The notes: generated by a model from the sequence alone, not told the origin. A stretch of DNA of 64,000 nucleotides from Leptogorgia sarmentosa (GCA_964658305.1 OZ210885.1:1798001-1862000), one strand, 5' to 3'; positions 48,843 through 64,000 are shown, numbered from the stretch's first letter. Made by a program: numbers and translations.

Positions 48843-51800
48843 AGTTAGTGCTGAGGAAGAAGCCTCGTGTTAATTAACACGAGTTACTTTATAGTTGCAA
48901 TGAAATAAGGTCAGCCGGATATCCTAAAAATAACTGTAATGTAGCTTGTTGTCCTTACTGTTTTCGAATAAATAAAATTTAGATATCAAATACGTACAAG
49001 CTATGATGAGATGCCAAATCAGTAGACAGACCAAATGCATGTTATAAAGCATTTTTATGCTCATTGTGTCATGTGAAGTAAATTCAAATATACCATAAAT
49101 CATTGTTCTATGTCGTATCAACATTTCGTCTCATGGAAGTGACACACTAACAACATGTCAAATAATACTACCCAAAATAGATCGATTACTCAATCAGTGA
49201 AAAATTTGACACATTTACGAAAATCATCATGGCAGTAACTGTTTCCAATCTTAGCACTTCTTGAACAGTATTTTGAGATTTTGAGCACTTTTTAGCCACT
49301 TGTGGCAGCTTTTTCTAGCATTTTAGAAGCGCAATCAGGAAAGGGCTGGATTCTAGAGACCATGACAATTTCAATGTCTTGGAGCAACAGCTGGTGTCGT
49401 GAATCCTATAGGCTAAGTTACGCTTTTTGCCCCCTAACTTTTTTGCTGGGATAAGTCATGATAATATATGCTGCTTAAGAATTTAAAAAGAACTGCAAAT
49501 TTTTTGCCTCCCCCCACCTTTAAATAATTCCCGCGTCCCCTGAACAAGTTCTTTAAATCGTTCCAAGTATTCTTCAGCCAGATTCATTGATTTTAAAAGC
49601 CTCTATTCAGGGTAGTTAAGCAATCTCACCCCCACGAGAGGTCAAAATTCATCGTAAAAATTATTTAAGATTTCCTATATATAATTTCTGTTGTCTTTTG
49701 AAATATTGGCCCTGGTGGCAAATTTCATTGGATATTCGCCCCCCACCAGGAATTTCAACCTTGGAATTCTTGAACTGAATTAAAAATTGATACATCATGT
49801 CGTAATCTTGAGAGAATTTTCATCGCGTGAAAAAAGTGTCGCTTTCTCCTTAGAGATGCAAATAATATTATTATCTCATGCAGATGGCAGTTTCCTGTCG
49901 GCCATGCCATTATAATATTATATGTTCCAAACCATTTAAGGAATACCCAGACAATTACTTCTTGAAAACCATATCGTCAGTCTGTCTGTTTTCAAGTAAT
50001 TCGCATAACTAAACCATAATTATCAGGCCAGCAAACAAACCGAAATTTGATCTCATCCCTGTATGCTTTTTACCTCAAAACGATATTTATCAAATCGAAC
50101 TAAGAGAGTTGAACGAATTGAGCAAGTTGCTGAGACCAGTCATGCTTTGTTGTTGTATAAATACAGGATTTCCAATTATAAATCACTAATAACTACTTTT
50201 CTTGATATTATTATGCTCTAAATTATATTTATATCTTGATCAAAAGCTAAATATTTTCTTTCTATTCGTGAGGTGCTTGAAAGACCAAGCTTAATTCCCT
50301 CAGTGAGCGGACTTACCAGCTCCTTATCTGTTGAAAAACAACAAGGGAGTCCTTGAGGAGGCCATTTCCCCTGTTGGCATTCATCCCATTAAACCTAGTT
50401 AATGAAGACGTCCAATGCAAATGAACTCAAACAAAGAAATTAGCTCAATAATATTAGGTTCGGTATAATGTAAAGTTGGATGTCTGAACTAGACTTTAGC
50501 CCTCTTTGTGTTCGAAGTAGCCGGTCTTCAATGGTATTTATGGAGTTGGTATTATCTACATTACCCCAATGATCATTCTTTCGGGCAAAGTTTAAATGTT
50601 ATACAATAAGTTATGTAAAAATCTGAATTGTGAATAACTAACTTCCTCTGTTTCAAGCACTCATACTATTCAAAGAGCATGGTATTTTTATGCGTTTGCA
50701 TATCAGTTACACGATAATGATTGCTATTATTAACATCAAAGTGGATTTAGGACTTAAAATTATTTAGAATACAACCAGGATAAACAAATACTGTACAATA
50801 AAGTTGTAAGAGAAGCCACGCAAGACTGAGAACTAAGTGTCTTAAGTTTATCTCACTGCTATGCGAATCCAATATCGTAAAACATTGGTCCTAAATAGAA
50901 TTAACTATAAATGAAGCAAAGGTACCGTTGATCGATTCGCGACAATTTAGTACGTGTTGAATTGAACTCATAGAAAATTCTGCTAACACAAGATAAATTA
51001 AATTGAACTCATCAACTAAAATTATAATATTAAGCATGCACAAAGTACCGGAACTTTAAACAAATTAATGCATTAACAATAACGTTTTATTGTGAACAAA
51101 GATTGATGGTTTTTATAACAGTTCTTTGACATGCAAAATCTTTGTTTGTATGACAAAAGTGTTTGTATTTTGAGAAGAAGCTGGAACGATAACAAGCCAA
51201 AATAAAATGATACACCGCGTGCGAAATTCGTCCTAAGCAACTATTAATAGTTATTGCATGTACTTTTTCGAAAAGTGCATGATTTTCTCAGTTTTTGTAT
51301 CAACACCACCGACACGTATATACCTAATTTTAAATCTGACCCAAAAAGCAAGGCTGTAGCCCTAACCCTATTACTATTAACATCCCTTGACTAATCCTAG
51401 CCTGGTAGTGATCGATCATCCTTCCTCTTAGGACAAAGTTATTGTCGGACGGAGTGACCTGGGTGATCATAAAACTTATTATTGATCCTAGTTATTGCTT
51501 GCAACAGGTAGTGGATTTGAAACAAAATTAAGGCAATAATTGTGCACATGAAAATTTACTGCATGTGGGGAAAAAACCGGCCTATTTGTGAGCTTCTATA
51601 CATGTAGGTAAATTGCTCGGGAGATTCAGCATTTTAACATCAGATTTGTCGTTTGGGGATCTTAGCGCCAAATCCTTAATAAATACACCTCAATATATAA
51701 TATTGATTATGTATCATTGTATATTTTGTTCATGAAATAAATTGAATGCAAACAGTAAGTGGACAAGTAGTTTAGTTTCCTCCATACGTAAGTAGGGATA

Positions 51801-54243
51801 CTGCAGCAGACTATTAATAGTTTTCCTAATGGTGTTTGCTGCAACGGGATGTTCGAATTAAAAAAAACATACGTTTCTTCAGTGAAGTGGTTAAAAGTGG
51901 TTTCTTCAGAAATAGCAGCCATATGGCGCAATTAAGACAATTAACCTTGGGAAACCGCACGGGAGGCATGGATTTTGTTGTCAATTTTCGTAATAGAACG
52001 AGAAAAGTTGGCACAGATATATTTTATTAGCAAAAAATTAATGATATTATCATATAATATAAATCAATGCATAGCAGTATCATTGGAGTCGATATCAGTT
52101 TTATCGCTTGAGGGGCGATGTCACATCTCTGTGTATATTATAATTATATTTCAATACTGGTGCCTTGCAAAGTAAAAGGTAGCTGAAGCGCACTGAATGA
52201 TATTAGTGACGACACGATAATTATAGTATACGAGGATAATACAAGGTTGAGTGGGCGTGGCGCCCTATTTCATGCATGCATTATCCTTATTAGTGCAGTT
52301 CACTGAAATTTGGCGTTTTAAATTTCCACAAAATGCCATTGACTGACTGGGATGCTAGTAATGGATTCACAATGTAAGCATGCTACGTGAAACCCCCATT
52401 TTCAACAATTTCGACTGTAATGGAACAGTAGTGCAAGTTCTATTTCATATTGAGGTGATGATACAGTTTAATAAGTTCACCCTGTTGTTCTCCAAATATG
52501 GCCCATACAATTGTTCTAGGCGGGCCTGTTTTATCATTTTACGTGGTAAGGTAGCTTCTTGAGGTATAATAATAATAAAAGGATTTTGGCTGTGGGGTCG
52601 ATAGGGGGCGTGCCCTCCTCAGTTTGTTTTTGAGAATTCACTAAAATCTTTGAGATTCAATATCAGAATCGACGTAGTGAAGAAAGGAATGTGATTGGTG
52701 ATACTTTAGCAATTACTATGCGCAGGCGCATGTTTGGCGTGTTGCTCACGTAGGCAAAAAATTTCTGCCAAATGTTTCTGAAAATCTGCCTACTTTGTAT
52801 ATTTTTTTGCCGATATGTTCGCGTTGTTCTGAGAGAATTGTACCCCCAATGAAATGTAGAGAAATGTACCCCCAATGAAAACAATTTCATTGAGTTTTGG
52901 AAAGTTTTAGGCAATATGACGATTTTGTGTTCGTGTAAAATTTTCTCTCACGGCAAGCGCCGCACCTACTCCGTCTCAAACACGCGCCTGGTCGTGCGTA
53001 GTGTTAGCAGAATTTTCGTCATGATTGAAGACATGGAGTGGTTGCAGTGTGTAAATATATATGTTATATAACTGAAGTCGGATTGCCTAAAGACATCATT
53101 TTGGAAAGGTTCTTTCCCCGTTCATTATGAAAGCTTAATATGAACACTAAAACAGCATTGCTAAAAAGCTGTATAAGATACGAAATTGAAGTTGAGAGAA
53201 GGGTTATCCATGGTAAATGGGATATATCGCATTACAATTAGTGATACTTAAGTTAACACCCAGATGTCTCCAAGGGTTTTACAATGATTCTAGGAGCAGG
53301 CAAGGAAACAAGGAATTAAATTGAATTTAAAAACCTCTATAATTCAATGAATATTTAATTAAAGAACTCAAAAGAAATTTAAAGTATGGCTGTATAATTT
53401 TGGAACTGTCGAAATGATTTAGCTAAATCAATGTAAAATGTGACAAAGAACAATATATTGCACTTGCAATGATAATAAAGCTCTTTTGAATGCAAACAGC
53501 TGCCAGTCGTCTGTTTCCCCTACTTAGAAATATCAGTTGTGTTCCTGTTGTTGTGACGCAATTCGATTGAACGAGAATGAGAAAGTTAAAAAAAGTATAT
53601 GCGAAGTCATGCCCAATGAAATATTGGCGATGTTATGCAGATAGTTATGTGTTCGTACACCTAAAAAACTATATTTTTTTCAAGGAAATTAATATTGATA
53701 GTGTATCTTAGATTTGTATTGCATGGTCAATGTCAGGCTACAGGGCATTATTCAGTGCCATTTTGAGCTTCAAAGCCATTCACGTTGTGTATTTTATATT
53801 CCGTTTTGGGTTGTTGTTCAGAATAAGAGACAGAGAAATGATACAGCATACGGCTCAGAATGAATTCCTGAGACATATTTTTACATTTTCAACACAAACC
53901 AAAATAAGTCTCAAGGCTCCACAAGGCTTTGAAACCGCGACCTTGGGATAGCTCGAATGCATGCATGTGTTCCTCAGGATGTTCAATAACAACAGGATTT
54001 TTGTTCCCAGTTAATGAAATGCCGCGTTTTAGATGAAATAAAAATTTATAGATCTTTGTCTTTTGGAAGCAATATCTGTCATTCTGGAAGTTCCCTGATC
54101 AAAGTGCGTCCTCGGATACACTCTACCAGTAATTATCATGAAGAATCGACGGAACTGGCTTGTTCGTGCAGTTTACAATGCCACGCCAATATTTGACAGA
54201 GTGTTTTAGGTGCTTCTCAGGAAACATGCGTAATTACGGTTGG

Positions 54244-54345
54244 CATAAAAGTAGCTGTCAGTAGCAGGGGGACCCAGTAACGTTTCAAAGTTTGTGGCAG
54301 TTGGACGTTATCATTGGAGAAATAACACGTCTCCGCAAGGTTGGT
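54244..54345 (+). promoter_or_regulatory. Putative TATA-like box and non-coding first exon of lectin/VWD gene 2
   Basis: CATAAAAGTAGCTG homologous to 42219, with a donor-like TTG|GTAAGA at ~54344. Confidence 0.45.
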
Positions 54346-55350
54346 AAGAAACAATAATGCTTTTGCATACCGTATATCTTGAATTTGGGTTTGATTATAA
54401 ATATTTGCTTTATTATTTCGAAATAAAACCAGACATATCATCATCATCATGTATTTGGGTTTGTAATTCTACAAATTGTTACATGTTATCAAAATTTAAA
54501 ATACATTACAGTTTCCAAACTTTTGTAAACTATTAATTTTGATATTGTTTATACACTCAGTTGACAACATGCACGTTATATGCAACCTACAATCAGGGCC
54601 ATGTATATAGCTATATGGAGCAGATAACGCGGTTGGGTGTGTGCAGGTGTAATTTGTATAATATAATTTATTCATTTCCTGCCCGACGAAGTTAGCTGCA
54701 AACATATTGATGATTATTGTCGTATTTTGACGTGCTTTATCCCTCGTCAAATTAATATTATTATGCGTACATTAATAATAATTTTACACGCGTGTGCATA
54801 TATACGTATATGTAGCAAGAGTAAAAGTATTTAGACCTACAATCGTTTGCTCTTCATTTAATTCAGTCTTAGATAAATTAAAATATATTTTAAGATTTGT
54901 TTAATTAAATTTCATTTGTAGCAAAATTGTTTTAGAGTTTTGGCGCATGAGTATAGAAGACTTTGGGTCTTTGCCCAACATTAATCAGAGCTGTCAAATT
55001 ACTTAAGTATACGTTATAGCTAATTTGAATTGCAAAGGTTAAGAGTTTTTTCATGCATATGCACCCTGTATTATACAGAATGTCTGTTTGTAGGAATTAT
55101 TCGTAAGCATTTGAATGAATCCGTAGGATTTGTTTACATGGTTTATTCATTGCATTTCCTACATTTTGAGAGAAAACTCAACAGTCAAAGAAAATATTGT
55201 TAATGATAATTTCCGACTTTTTTTATTTTACATTTTAAAGATCAGTGTTATGGATGTTATTGGTCCCAGTTTGAAAATATTAAAGTAGCTACTGTAGAAT
55301 TGCTCTTTAGAATATAATTTATTACTTATATCATTCCTATAGAAAACAAG

Positions 55351-58300
55351 ATGTTGAAATTTCATATTTTACTGGTTATTTTGGTAGTTGTACCAAGCAG
55401 ACTTGATGGTAAGTGTAAATATATATTCTATCGGATATTTGTTATACACAAGAGATTTTCGGCTGCACTTGTACAAGAGATTACTTGCTGTGTCACACTA
55501 TTGGCATGAAAAGTTTTAAAAATCTGATTTTTTCTGTATTATCCTCGAAATAACCAAGTTCGATTTAGCTGCCTATTTTAAAATGGCGTAGCTACATTAG
55601 TTCATTAGGATATTATTATTCATTGATATTTTGAAATTGCGCGCTGTATAGTTACTTATTGCATTTGAAGTTACTGAACAAAGCACCTACCGTCATTTCC
55701 TGTGTAATGAAGCATCTCATTTTAGCGCTAGCGTTATTACCCTAAGAGACACTGCACAACCTTCCTGTGTCTGATTTCGCACCAAAAAAGATTTCAGAAG
55801 TCCAAAATGAAATTGGAATTAATTTTAGTCTAACAAAATTGACGTTACCGATTGTAATAAAAACATAATGAAATCCATAAATCTTCAATTAGCTAAAGAC
55901 ATATCGGCAAAAAATTCTTTTCGTCCAAAACTTTTGTTAGTGAATTTCTAATAAAGTAAGAACGAAAATACGGAATACCATAATGTAGATCTACTAGTTG
56001 CAGAACTAATGCACATCATTTGCGTGCCTATATTCTGCTCCCAGAGACACTATCAAAATAATATTATACAGACAACTAGCTAATTTAAACATTATCAAAA
56101 TAATTAGCAACAAATGAAATAGAGAGTTTTTGTTAACATTTTTAGCTGCTTGTCCTACTGGTTGGGAAGAATACAATGAAAATTGCTATAAAAGATTTCC
56201 AGCAAATTCCTGGAAGAAAGCCAAAGCAGCCTGTTACGATCAGGATGCTACACTGTCTGAGCCTACTGATGAAGACGAGAACAATTTTCTTAGGAATACA
56301 TTTGGAGGGAACAATTGGCTTGGCTTGTCTAGATGTCATAGAGCCAGCACGTGTCGTCTGGATTTCGCTAGTGTCACGTACACCAACTGGGCTCCTGGTC
56401 AACCAGACAAGTCACCACAATATCCCCCTGGACAAAGAAACAAAGACTTCGCAGTTGTGATCCGAGGAGATGGAAAATGGTCAGATCAACCAAAGCTGGA
56501 AAAACGTCCTTATATCTGCGAAAAACCAGGTATAAAGATAAATGACTATACGTACATAATTAGAGCAAATCTTCAACGATAATTGAGAGGAGGGGAAGTT
56601 CATGTTATGACTTCATAGCACAGATGTGAATTATTCGCATATGTTTCAAGGAAGAGAGCATATTGATCGATGTTCCTTTATGTTCCTGCTCTATTGTAGG
56701 ATTTTGAGATAATGAATATTTTAAGAACAAAACACCCATAAGAAATAACCAGGCCATATGATCACCGAAACGTGCAATTAAAGATTTAGGTTTAGAGATT
56801 TACCCAAAGTAGGATGTGGTGTCGATCAACCTTAATTTGAAACCGTTAATTAGGAGGTGTAATTTTCAATGAAAGCATCAAATTTCTGACCTGCCAGGAA
56901 TTTAGGCAAAACCTGGTGCCTTTGTATATAAGTACTTACGAAGAGCAGTTTCGTAAATCGGCTTAAATTGTGCTTTATGCCATTTTGAGCTTCTTTGATC
57001 CAATCACCATCCAGTTTTATTATCATACAAATTATAATAATAATGATAAATTATATTCTATTTTTAGCGGATCCTTGTGAGGGCCACTTTTGTAACCCAG
57101 ATGGAAGTATCTGTGTTAATGGAAAATGTGTGTGCAAGCCACCACATTATGGTGAATATTGTTATGGTAAGTTCAGTGAATGCTTGCCAGTTCTTTGCAG
57201 TTGATCTCATTTTTATATTTGGCACAAAAATCGAGAGATTGAAATTGGGAAAATAAAGCGAATGATAAATATTTTTAGAAGCAAAAATGGTATAAAAATA
57301 AGAAAGCTTTATGAGTACGATTGTAAAAATATTTTCATAAGAATATTTTCACGGCTATTGCCTCGTTGAATAAAACATCCCATCTTTTACGGAATGAAAA
57401 TATATATTCTTACCATTGCACGAATAAGAATATTCTTTGTTTTATATAATACCAAAATAGGTGATTGCTTTTCAAGAACACTTATTAAAAGACTATAATA
57501 ATGAACTGTTTAAATAAACTGCGATCACTGTGCAAAAAGCGTGATAGTGAATAATACGAATACTATTGCATTTTGGAGAGTCATAGTGCTCGTACTATTG
57601 CACTGTTGAAAATGGAACTTTCTATTCAATATGACGTGACCATAATTAACTAAATTAACGACCTGAATGTAACGAGGTATTATATAATAATCATTATTTT
57701 CCTGACGAAAATAATGTTATTAGTTAAGTTATTTATGTCTGTGATAATTTAACAACAACTTTTTGATAATTTAACAACAACTTTTCTGTGTTACAGGGCT
57801 GCCCTGTGATAACGATCCTTGTGAAAACGGAGGAGAGTGTAACGATATACCCGAAGGCTACAACTGCACATGTAAAAATCATTATGCAGGGAAAAACTGT
57901 TCAGGTAAATTAACTAATTATTCGTTAAAATATTAAATGGTTTTCTAAAGCTACTTGTTCGGATTATTAATTTATCAAGTTATCAAAAAAATATCTGAAA
58001 GCAGAGACATTAATTCATTAATCATTGATTAGCATTGCAGTGACATATTTCAGTCATATTTCATACGTAATGATATTGTATCGTTATTGTGTAGTGAGTA
58101 AAAATTTTTGATCCTTCTTGATATTTTATACTAGTGTTAGCATTTCACTCAGGCCCTGACAGCAATACAGCTAGGAGACACTGTCATTTTCAGTCGGAAT
58201 TAGTCGACAACAAACAAGAAACTAAGAAGTATTATTGAATGAAACTCTGAATAAATACTTAAAATAATATTATGTATATAGAAAAGTAAAGTATCTACAG

Positions 58301-61300
58301 ATTATTTGTATGTAGCTATATAGGCTAATTACTAACAAACACAAGAAAAAAACACACCATAGAAACAAACATGTTGGTGTATTTTTCAACCGAGAAATCA
58401 CTACATTCATTTCATTTTTTCATTGCTTTCAGAACCACCGCCATGTAAGATTGAGGATCCGTGTGTGAACGGTACTTGTGTTGACGTCAGCAACGACGAA
58501 TATCGATGTGACTGCAACCCAGGATTTATTGGAAGGAATTGTTCAGGTAGATTTGAAATATTTTATTTGGTTATTTTTTATATTTTTGGCAGTTGAAAAG
58601 GCATGATAACTAGCTAGCTAATTAGGCGTTCACCGCTTTCGAAAAGATCTTTTTATCGTAACCATCACCTAAAATCTGTCTTTGAAAATGCCGTCCTATA
58701 TAGTGTGTGCCACTTCAACCTGATTATAAGTCACGACCATTCAAGGGGCATTCATATCGCAGTGGAAGAAAAAAATATGGTCTGATTCTTCACCCGATTA
58801 CCAAAAAAATTCAAAATATTTAAATGTAAAAAAACAGGTTGCCAAATTTGCTTATTGCCAAGTAATTTAGTTTAATAATTGTAAGCTAACTGACAATTTG
58901 CTGGGACTTCCCTGTAGTTTTGAAAATTCCGTAAATATCTTTTAATGCTAAAAAACATGAATAATTCTCGTCTAATAATGACCGAATGCATTTTGACGCG
59001 AATTTTTGGTGCGAAAACATTTCTAACACATATACATGCAGTCATACTGTATGTGTCAATGAAATTCAAAGTGAAAAGCAAGTATCACAAGCATCAAATG
59101 GGTATAAAAACCATCTGTAATGCCCTGATATACATACTTATGAAGTAAAGTCAGACTTCAGAAATATTAAAATTTTTCCTATCTACTTAGAACGACCATG
59201 TGATCGCAACCCTTGCCCCAAAACAAAGATATGCGTTAATAAAGGATTTGAACACGAGTGCGTTTGTAAAAAAGGTTGGTCAGGACCAAACTGTGAAAAA
59301 GGTAAGAAATAAGCTCCATTGTTTGAAGTTCCTTGCTGATCATAATGAAGCGTCTCCCAAATCCACTGCACACCGGTAGCTATCCGAGCACATTGGTAAT
59401 TATATAAATAACTACAGTGAAACGGATTTTTAAAATGTCGGCAATAAAATACGAAAATTTGACACTAACACATTTATGGAAAAGAAATTAACGTTTTCTG
59501 TTGTTTCACTGAATTAAACAATTACCAAATAGAATTTTAGTAGACTTATCTATCTAATTAACTCTAATCTATCTAATGTCATTGTTTTCACTCCCCGGTT
59601 TAAGGAGCTAAGCTCCCGTTAACATCTCCAAAAGCTACTAAGTATTATATGATGGGCGATCTTCTTTCCGGTCACCATGCATACGGTATTCACTGCTAAG
59701 CTGAGACTAATGTCGTTTTTCTCTATATTGAAACTGTTGCTGAGTAGCTCGTAAACCCATTTGATAATACGATGATAATTTTATTTCTAAATAGAGGGAT
59801 ACTGTTGGGGTGATCCTCATTACGGGACATTTGATGGAAGAAGATATGACTTCCAGGGCAAGTGTGAATATATCCTCTCCAAAGATTGTAGCGCAGAGCA
59901 CGCTTTTGAAGTTCTTGCGAAAAATGAACCTTGTGGTGGCACTGTAAGCTGCACCAAGTTTCTGAGAATTTTCACCCAAGACATGGAGATTAGAATGGAG
60001 AGAGGCGGAATTGTTTATGTCGATGGAATCCGTGTTCGTCTTCCCTGGAGAGCTTCGGGACCTACCTTACCTCTGGAAGGTGGGGTGGCGAGGAGAGCTA
60101 TTCGTCCAATAGGTAAATAATGTATGAGAATAATCGTGTAGCATAATGTCCTTTAGGAAGTATTTTGCGAAGTAAACAAATCTTCAAAATAAGGGGACGA
60201 GGCGCTTTAATGACTATTGACAATAGTGTGAAAACCATGAGCCCAATCATAATTCAGGATGTGCCCCGAAGCCCAAAGGATATAACAAGGCCCAGCTAAG
60301 AAATGCCTGTAGTAAAACCAAGCTACAGGGGCGGAATTACAACGTTGATTGGGGAAGGGGGTGTATATTCGTACATTCATTTTCTGCCCGATTTCAAAAA
60401 CAACTCATTTCAAAAGAAGTATGAATACGAATATATGAATTACACTGTCCCCAACTGACGCTCTGATTTCGCCAGCTGCCAGACTTTCGAGACCTGGGTG
60501 TGGCTCAGGAATTGAGGCGGCTCAGCAATTGCTGAGGAATGCTTATGAATATTCAACAAATGAAATAAGGAGCAAAATTAGGTTATCAAATTACATTATC
60601 AGATTACTAGTAGATCTATTTATTAAGTGCAGGAATTGCTTGCCGAAGGCGAGGTGATTGCATCGATCCGGAAAATGATAGACACGTAATGACAGTATAT
60701 CATATTATCGTTACTTCAGGTCAAGTAACTACAATTACTGCAAATGGGAGAGGTGCTACTCTAAATGTTCCTGATCTCTTGTTTACTGTAATCTGGGATG
60801 GAAGCTACCGTGCGCGCGTACGAATTAACCAACATTATGAAAACAAGACCTGCGGTTTGTTGGGAAATGCTGATAACAATCCAAACAACGATTTCCGACT
60901 GCCGGACGGGACTGTTACTCAAAATGTTGCACAGTTTGGAAACAGCTGGAAAACGGATCCTCATTGCGTGAATGGCGTCGTTCCACCAGATCCATGCAAG
61001 CAACTCAACCGTCTGGAGTACACTGCTGTCCAACAAAAGTGCGCCAGAATGAAGCAAGCACCTTTCAACCAATGTAACGGAAGAGTCAACCCAGATGCTG
61101 GTCATATTCATGGTTGTGAATATGACGTGTGCGCTATGAACGCCGCCAACCCTTCTGGAGCCTTTTGCCAAGCTTTAGAAACCTACGACAGAGCTTGCGG
61201 TTTAGCTGGAGTCGATATTGACTGGGAAGGAAAACCTGGTTTTGAAGAATGTGGTAAGGAAAGCATAAATGTGCAATTAGGAATTTGCCGTGCGATAATT

Positions 61301-63508
61301 TATACAGGCATTCAGGCGCGTGTTTGCCTTGTTGCTCACGTGGGCAAGGCAAAAATTTTTGTTATGTGGAAAGCCACCATGCATGCCCCCCTCAAACACG
61401 CGCATGATCGTATTTGATAGAATCATACCAGTATGCGATCTGTGCTTTGATCGGCTTCTCTACTTGCTATTGATTTCTGGTTCTGCAGAGAAAGAAATAA
61501 TTATTCGGAAGAGTAATTTATGAATATGAGCTTCCCAGTATTTCCCTCTGTTGTACACCACTGCGTCTAATTTTTCTATTCCATGAATTCTCTCTACCTC
61601 CGAACACAAATTTGAAGGAAGTGAACTATTTTCTGAGAAGAGGGTCAGAAGATTAGGCATGTTTCATTGAATCACGCGACTTAGCTGGAAAAAGTTGTCC
61701 CCTATGAGCTTAATAAAACTTGTCATCTTTTTCACTTGGCTTTGTTAACTTCTTTATTTCTAGGAAATCCATGCGCCAATATTCCTTGCTTTAATGGTGC
61801 CGTATGTAGAAATACAAACAGAACAGCATACGTATGTGTTTGTCCCACAGGATTCAGTGGTCCTACCTGCCAAAATGTTGGTTAGTATATAATTTAAATA
61901 ACATCTTAGTTTGAAAAATTGAGAAAAAAACTATAGAAACAGGAAATGTAGAGTGGCGTAGGAATTGACTTGATGTAGTTCAGTAAGTTAAATTCCTATC
62001 TTTTTCTTGTTTGTAGAGTGCAAGCCTGGATATACCGCTCGTGATAACCTTTGCTACAAGATGATAACTAGAAAACGACCTTGGTACATAGCAGAATGCC
62101 CAGAAGGAGAGCAATTCGTGTCTGCAGAGAATGAAAATGAAAATAAATTTATTTACGAGACATTTGTCAAACCATCCCAACAGTCAATATGGTTGCAGGC
62201 TATTGTTTGTGCAGGAGGCAAGCTGTGCGATCAGGATTACGGCCCAGTGTTCTTCAGCAACATCGATGGTGAATTGCCAAACACGGGATGTGTCCAGTTG
62301 CCTTTTGGGGGAGGGATGAAATGGCTCGTGAAGAATTGCAGAGACACTGCTGCCTATGTTTGCAAATACGGTCAGTATAATTTTAAATATTGATTTGATA
62401 CGAACAAAAATACCATCCGTGGTTGTTGCCTATTATGATTTCTGCATTCTGGAATGTTTTGCTTCTCGTATTCGTTTAATTAGCGGTTTCACATAGTTTA
62501 TTAAACAAATGGCATTTTTTATGGCTCAAGAAAAAAAAAATTTGCCGTTTTCAGTTCCACGCAATTTTGTCTTTTTAAAAATACCAAATTTTTGAAACCT
62601 TTAAAAAAATTCTAAAAAGGAGCATGATACTGCAAATCATTTTCCAATTAAACTTAATTTATAGCAGAAATCTGGTCATTTTTCCGTATTTCTTGCTATC
62701 TAGCAGCCGTAACTCCGTGCAAATTTAAAAGTCAATTTTCAGATAATCATCGATTTATATGCGCCTTGTGTTTTCAACACTGCTGTCGAAATGCTATTTG
62801 AAAAAACAATTCTGCTCTCTAATTGGGTAATTTGCATGGCCTGTATGGTGCATGATGTAAACGGCTGCTTAAAACGACAAATTCCTGCCGTCTCGCGAAC
62901 GTAGGAGTAGGACTACAAAAAGTCTCTGAAGGAAGCTTTCTGCTGTTGCTGCTATAGCACCAGAATATGCAACAAGAACGTTCAGGCTTCTTTTCTAATA
63001 AGCTTTCAGGGTTGTTACCAATACCGTTTCGGTTCTTTTAAATTAAATGTCTCAAATGTGCCTGTAGATGTCGCGTATATAGAGTATTTCATTCAATCAA
63101 GTGGTGCCTTCCAGAAGAGGTTAAAAGGGACGTTATTGTAATGTTTATGTTTGAATGTGGCGGCAAGGTCACAATAAACAGATTTGATAACAATCTATGA
63201 TCTAACTATCGCCTTTTTGGCCTATAGTATAATTATGGCAAATTAGCCATAAATGTGAAACTGAATCTGGTTTTCATGGTTGGTCCGCAGATCACAGGAA
63301 ATGGCATTTCCGAGATTCTAGTTTTCGAGATTTTCCGGGGAAGGGTACTCCCTCCACGACGCAGCACTGGCCTTTGTAGACAGCAGTTATGTAGAGTATC
63401 GTATCTAGTAACACCCACAGTCTCATCGTTGTAGCACACCGAGCTGATTTAATTTCCTAAACCAACGGGCTAAACAAACTATTTCTCTTTTTTACAGAAA
63501 AAAATTAG
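55351..63508 (+). CDS. Secreted C-type lectin - 4xEGF - VWD/C8 - EGF - C-type lectin protein, paralog 2 (about 735 aa)
   Basis: Exons 55351-55408, 56146-56529, 57068-57166, 57797-57904, 58433-58546, 59191-59301, 59795-60112, 60720-61253, 61764-61880, 62017-62370, 63498-63508. Exon sizes match paralog 1 except exon 10 (+3 nt). Confidence 0.88.
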
Positions 63509-64000
63509 TGCTGAAGAAAGACGTGGTGTTAATTAACACAATTTACATCTGAAATAACGTCAGATATGTACTTAGAAATAACTGTAATGATTCTTGAATT
63601 GAAACTGTAGTTCATTGTTTTTACAATTTTGGAATAAATTGAAATATTGATTTCTAAAGTATGAAATGTCTATTGCATTTCTTCTCCACTTGATTTTATG
63701 CATCAAATGCAAGATAATGACATGCCAAAGGTGTACGGAACTTGGCCGAATTGCGAACTTTCAGATATATCTAGCAGTACCAAGTACATTGTAGGTATTT
63801 CCAAATGCTTTACCAAAGTCGAACTACTGCATGCATGGGAACCGAGGCACTAAATTTGAATTCAACGTAAACTTCAGCCAAACTTTTGAGAAATAAGTTT
63901 TGATTTAGCAACTTGAAAATTACGAGTTCTTTTGGCGCAATAGTTCAAAATGAGAAAGTTAATTTAGAAAATATGAAAAATGGGTGCTGTGTTATTGCAT

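Overview
Eukaryotic, AT-rich, intron-containing animal genomic DNA. The gene and repeat content looks invertebrate, probably cnidarian (anthozoan), but that is inference. From left to right: (1) a small cluster of intronless rhodopsin-type GPCR genes (two intact paralogs and two decayed copies); (2) a three-exon chromodomain gene facing a possible transposase relic; (3) a small single-pass membrane protein gene with a truncated duplicate; (4) an avidin-like gene; (5) many MITEs and hairpin elements plus a 2-kb EnSpm/CACTA-like element; (6) the main finding, a 9-coding-exon minus-strand gene (36226->24448, about 2728 aa by manual splicing). It joins in one reading frame an N-terminal CxxC..CxxC zinc domain, a RIG-I/Dicer-type DExH helicase, a cellular RNA-dependent RNA polymerase with an intact DLDGD motif, a degenerate Cid1/TUTase-like nucleotidyltransferase fold, a KH-like domain and an unknown C-terminal domain; (7) two tandem 11-exon paralogs encoding secreted C-type lectin/EGF/VWD proteins. 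Exon boundaries were read by eye from GT-AG sites and phase continuity. No database searches were run.
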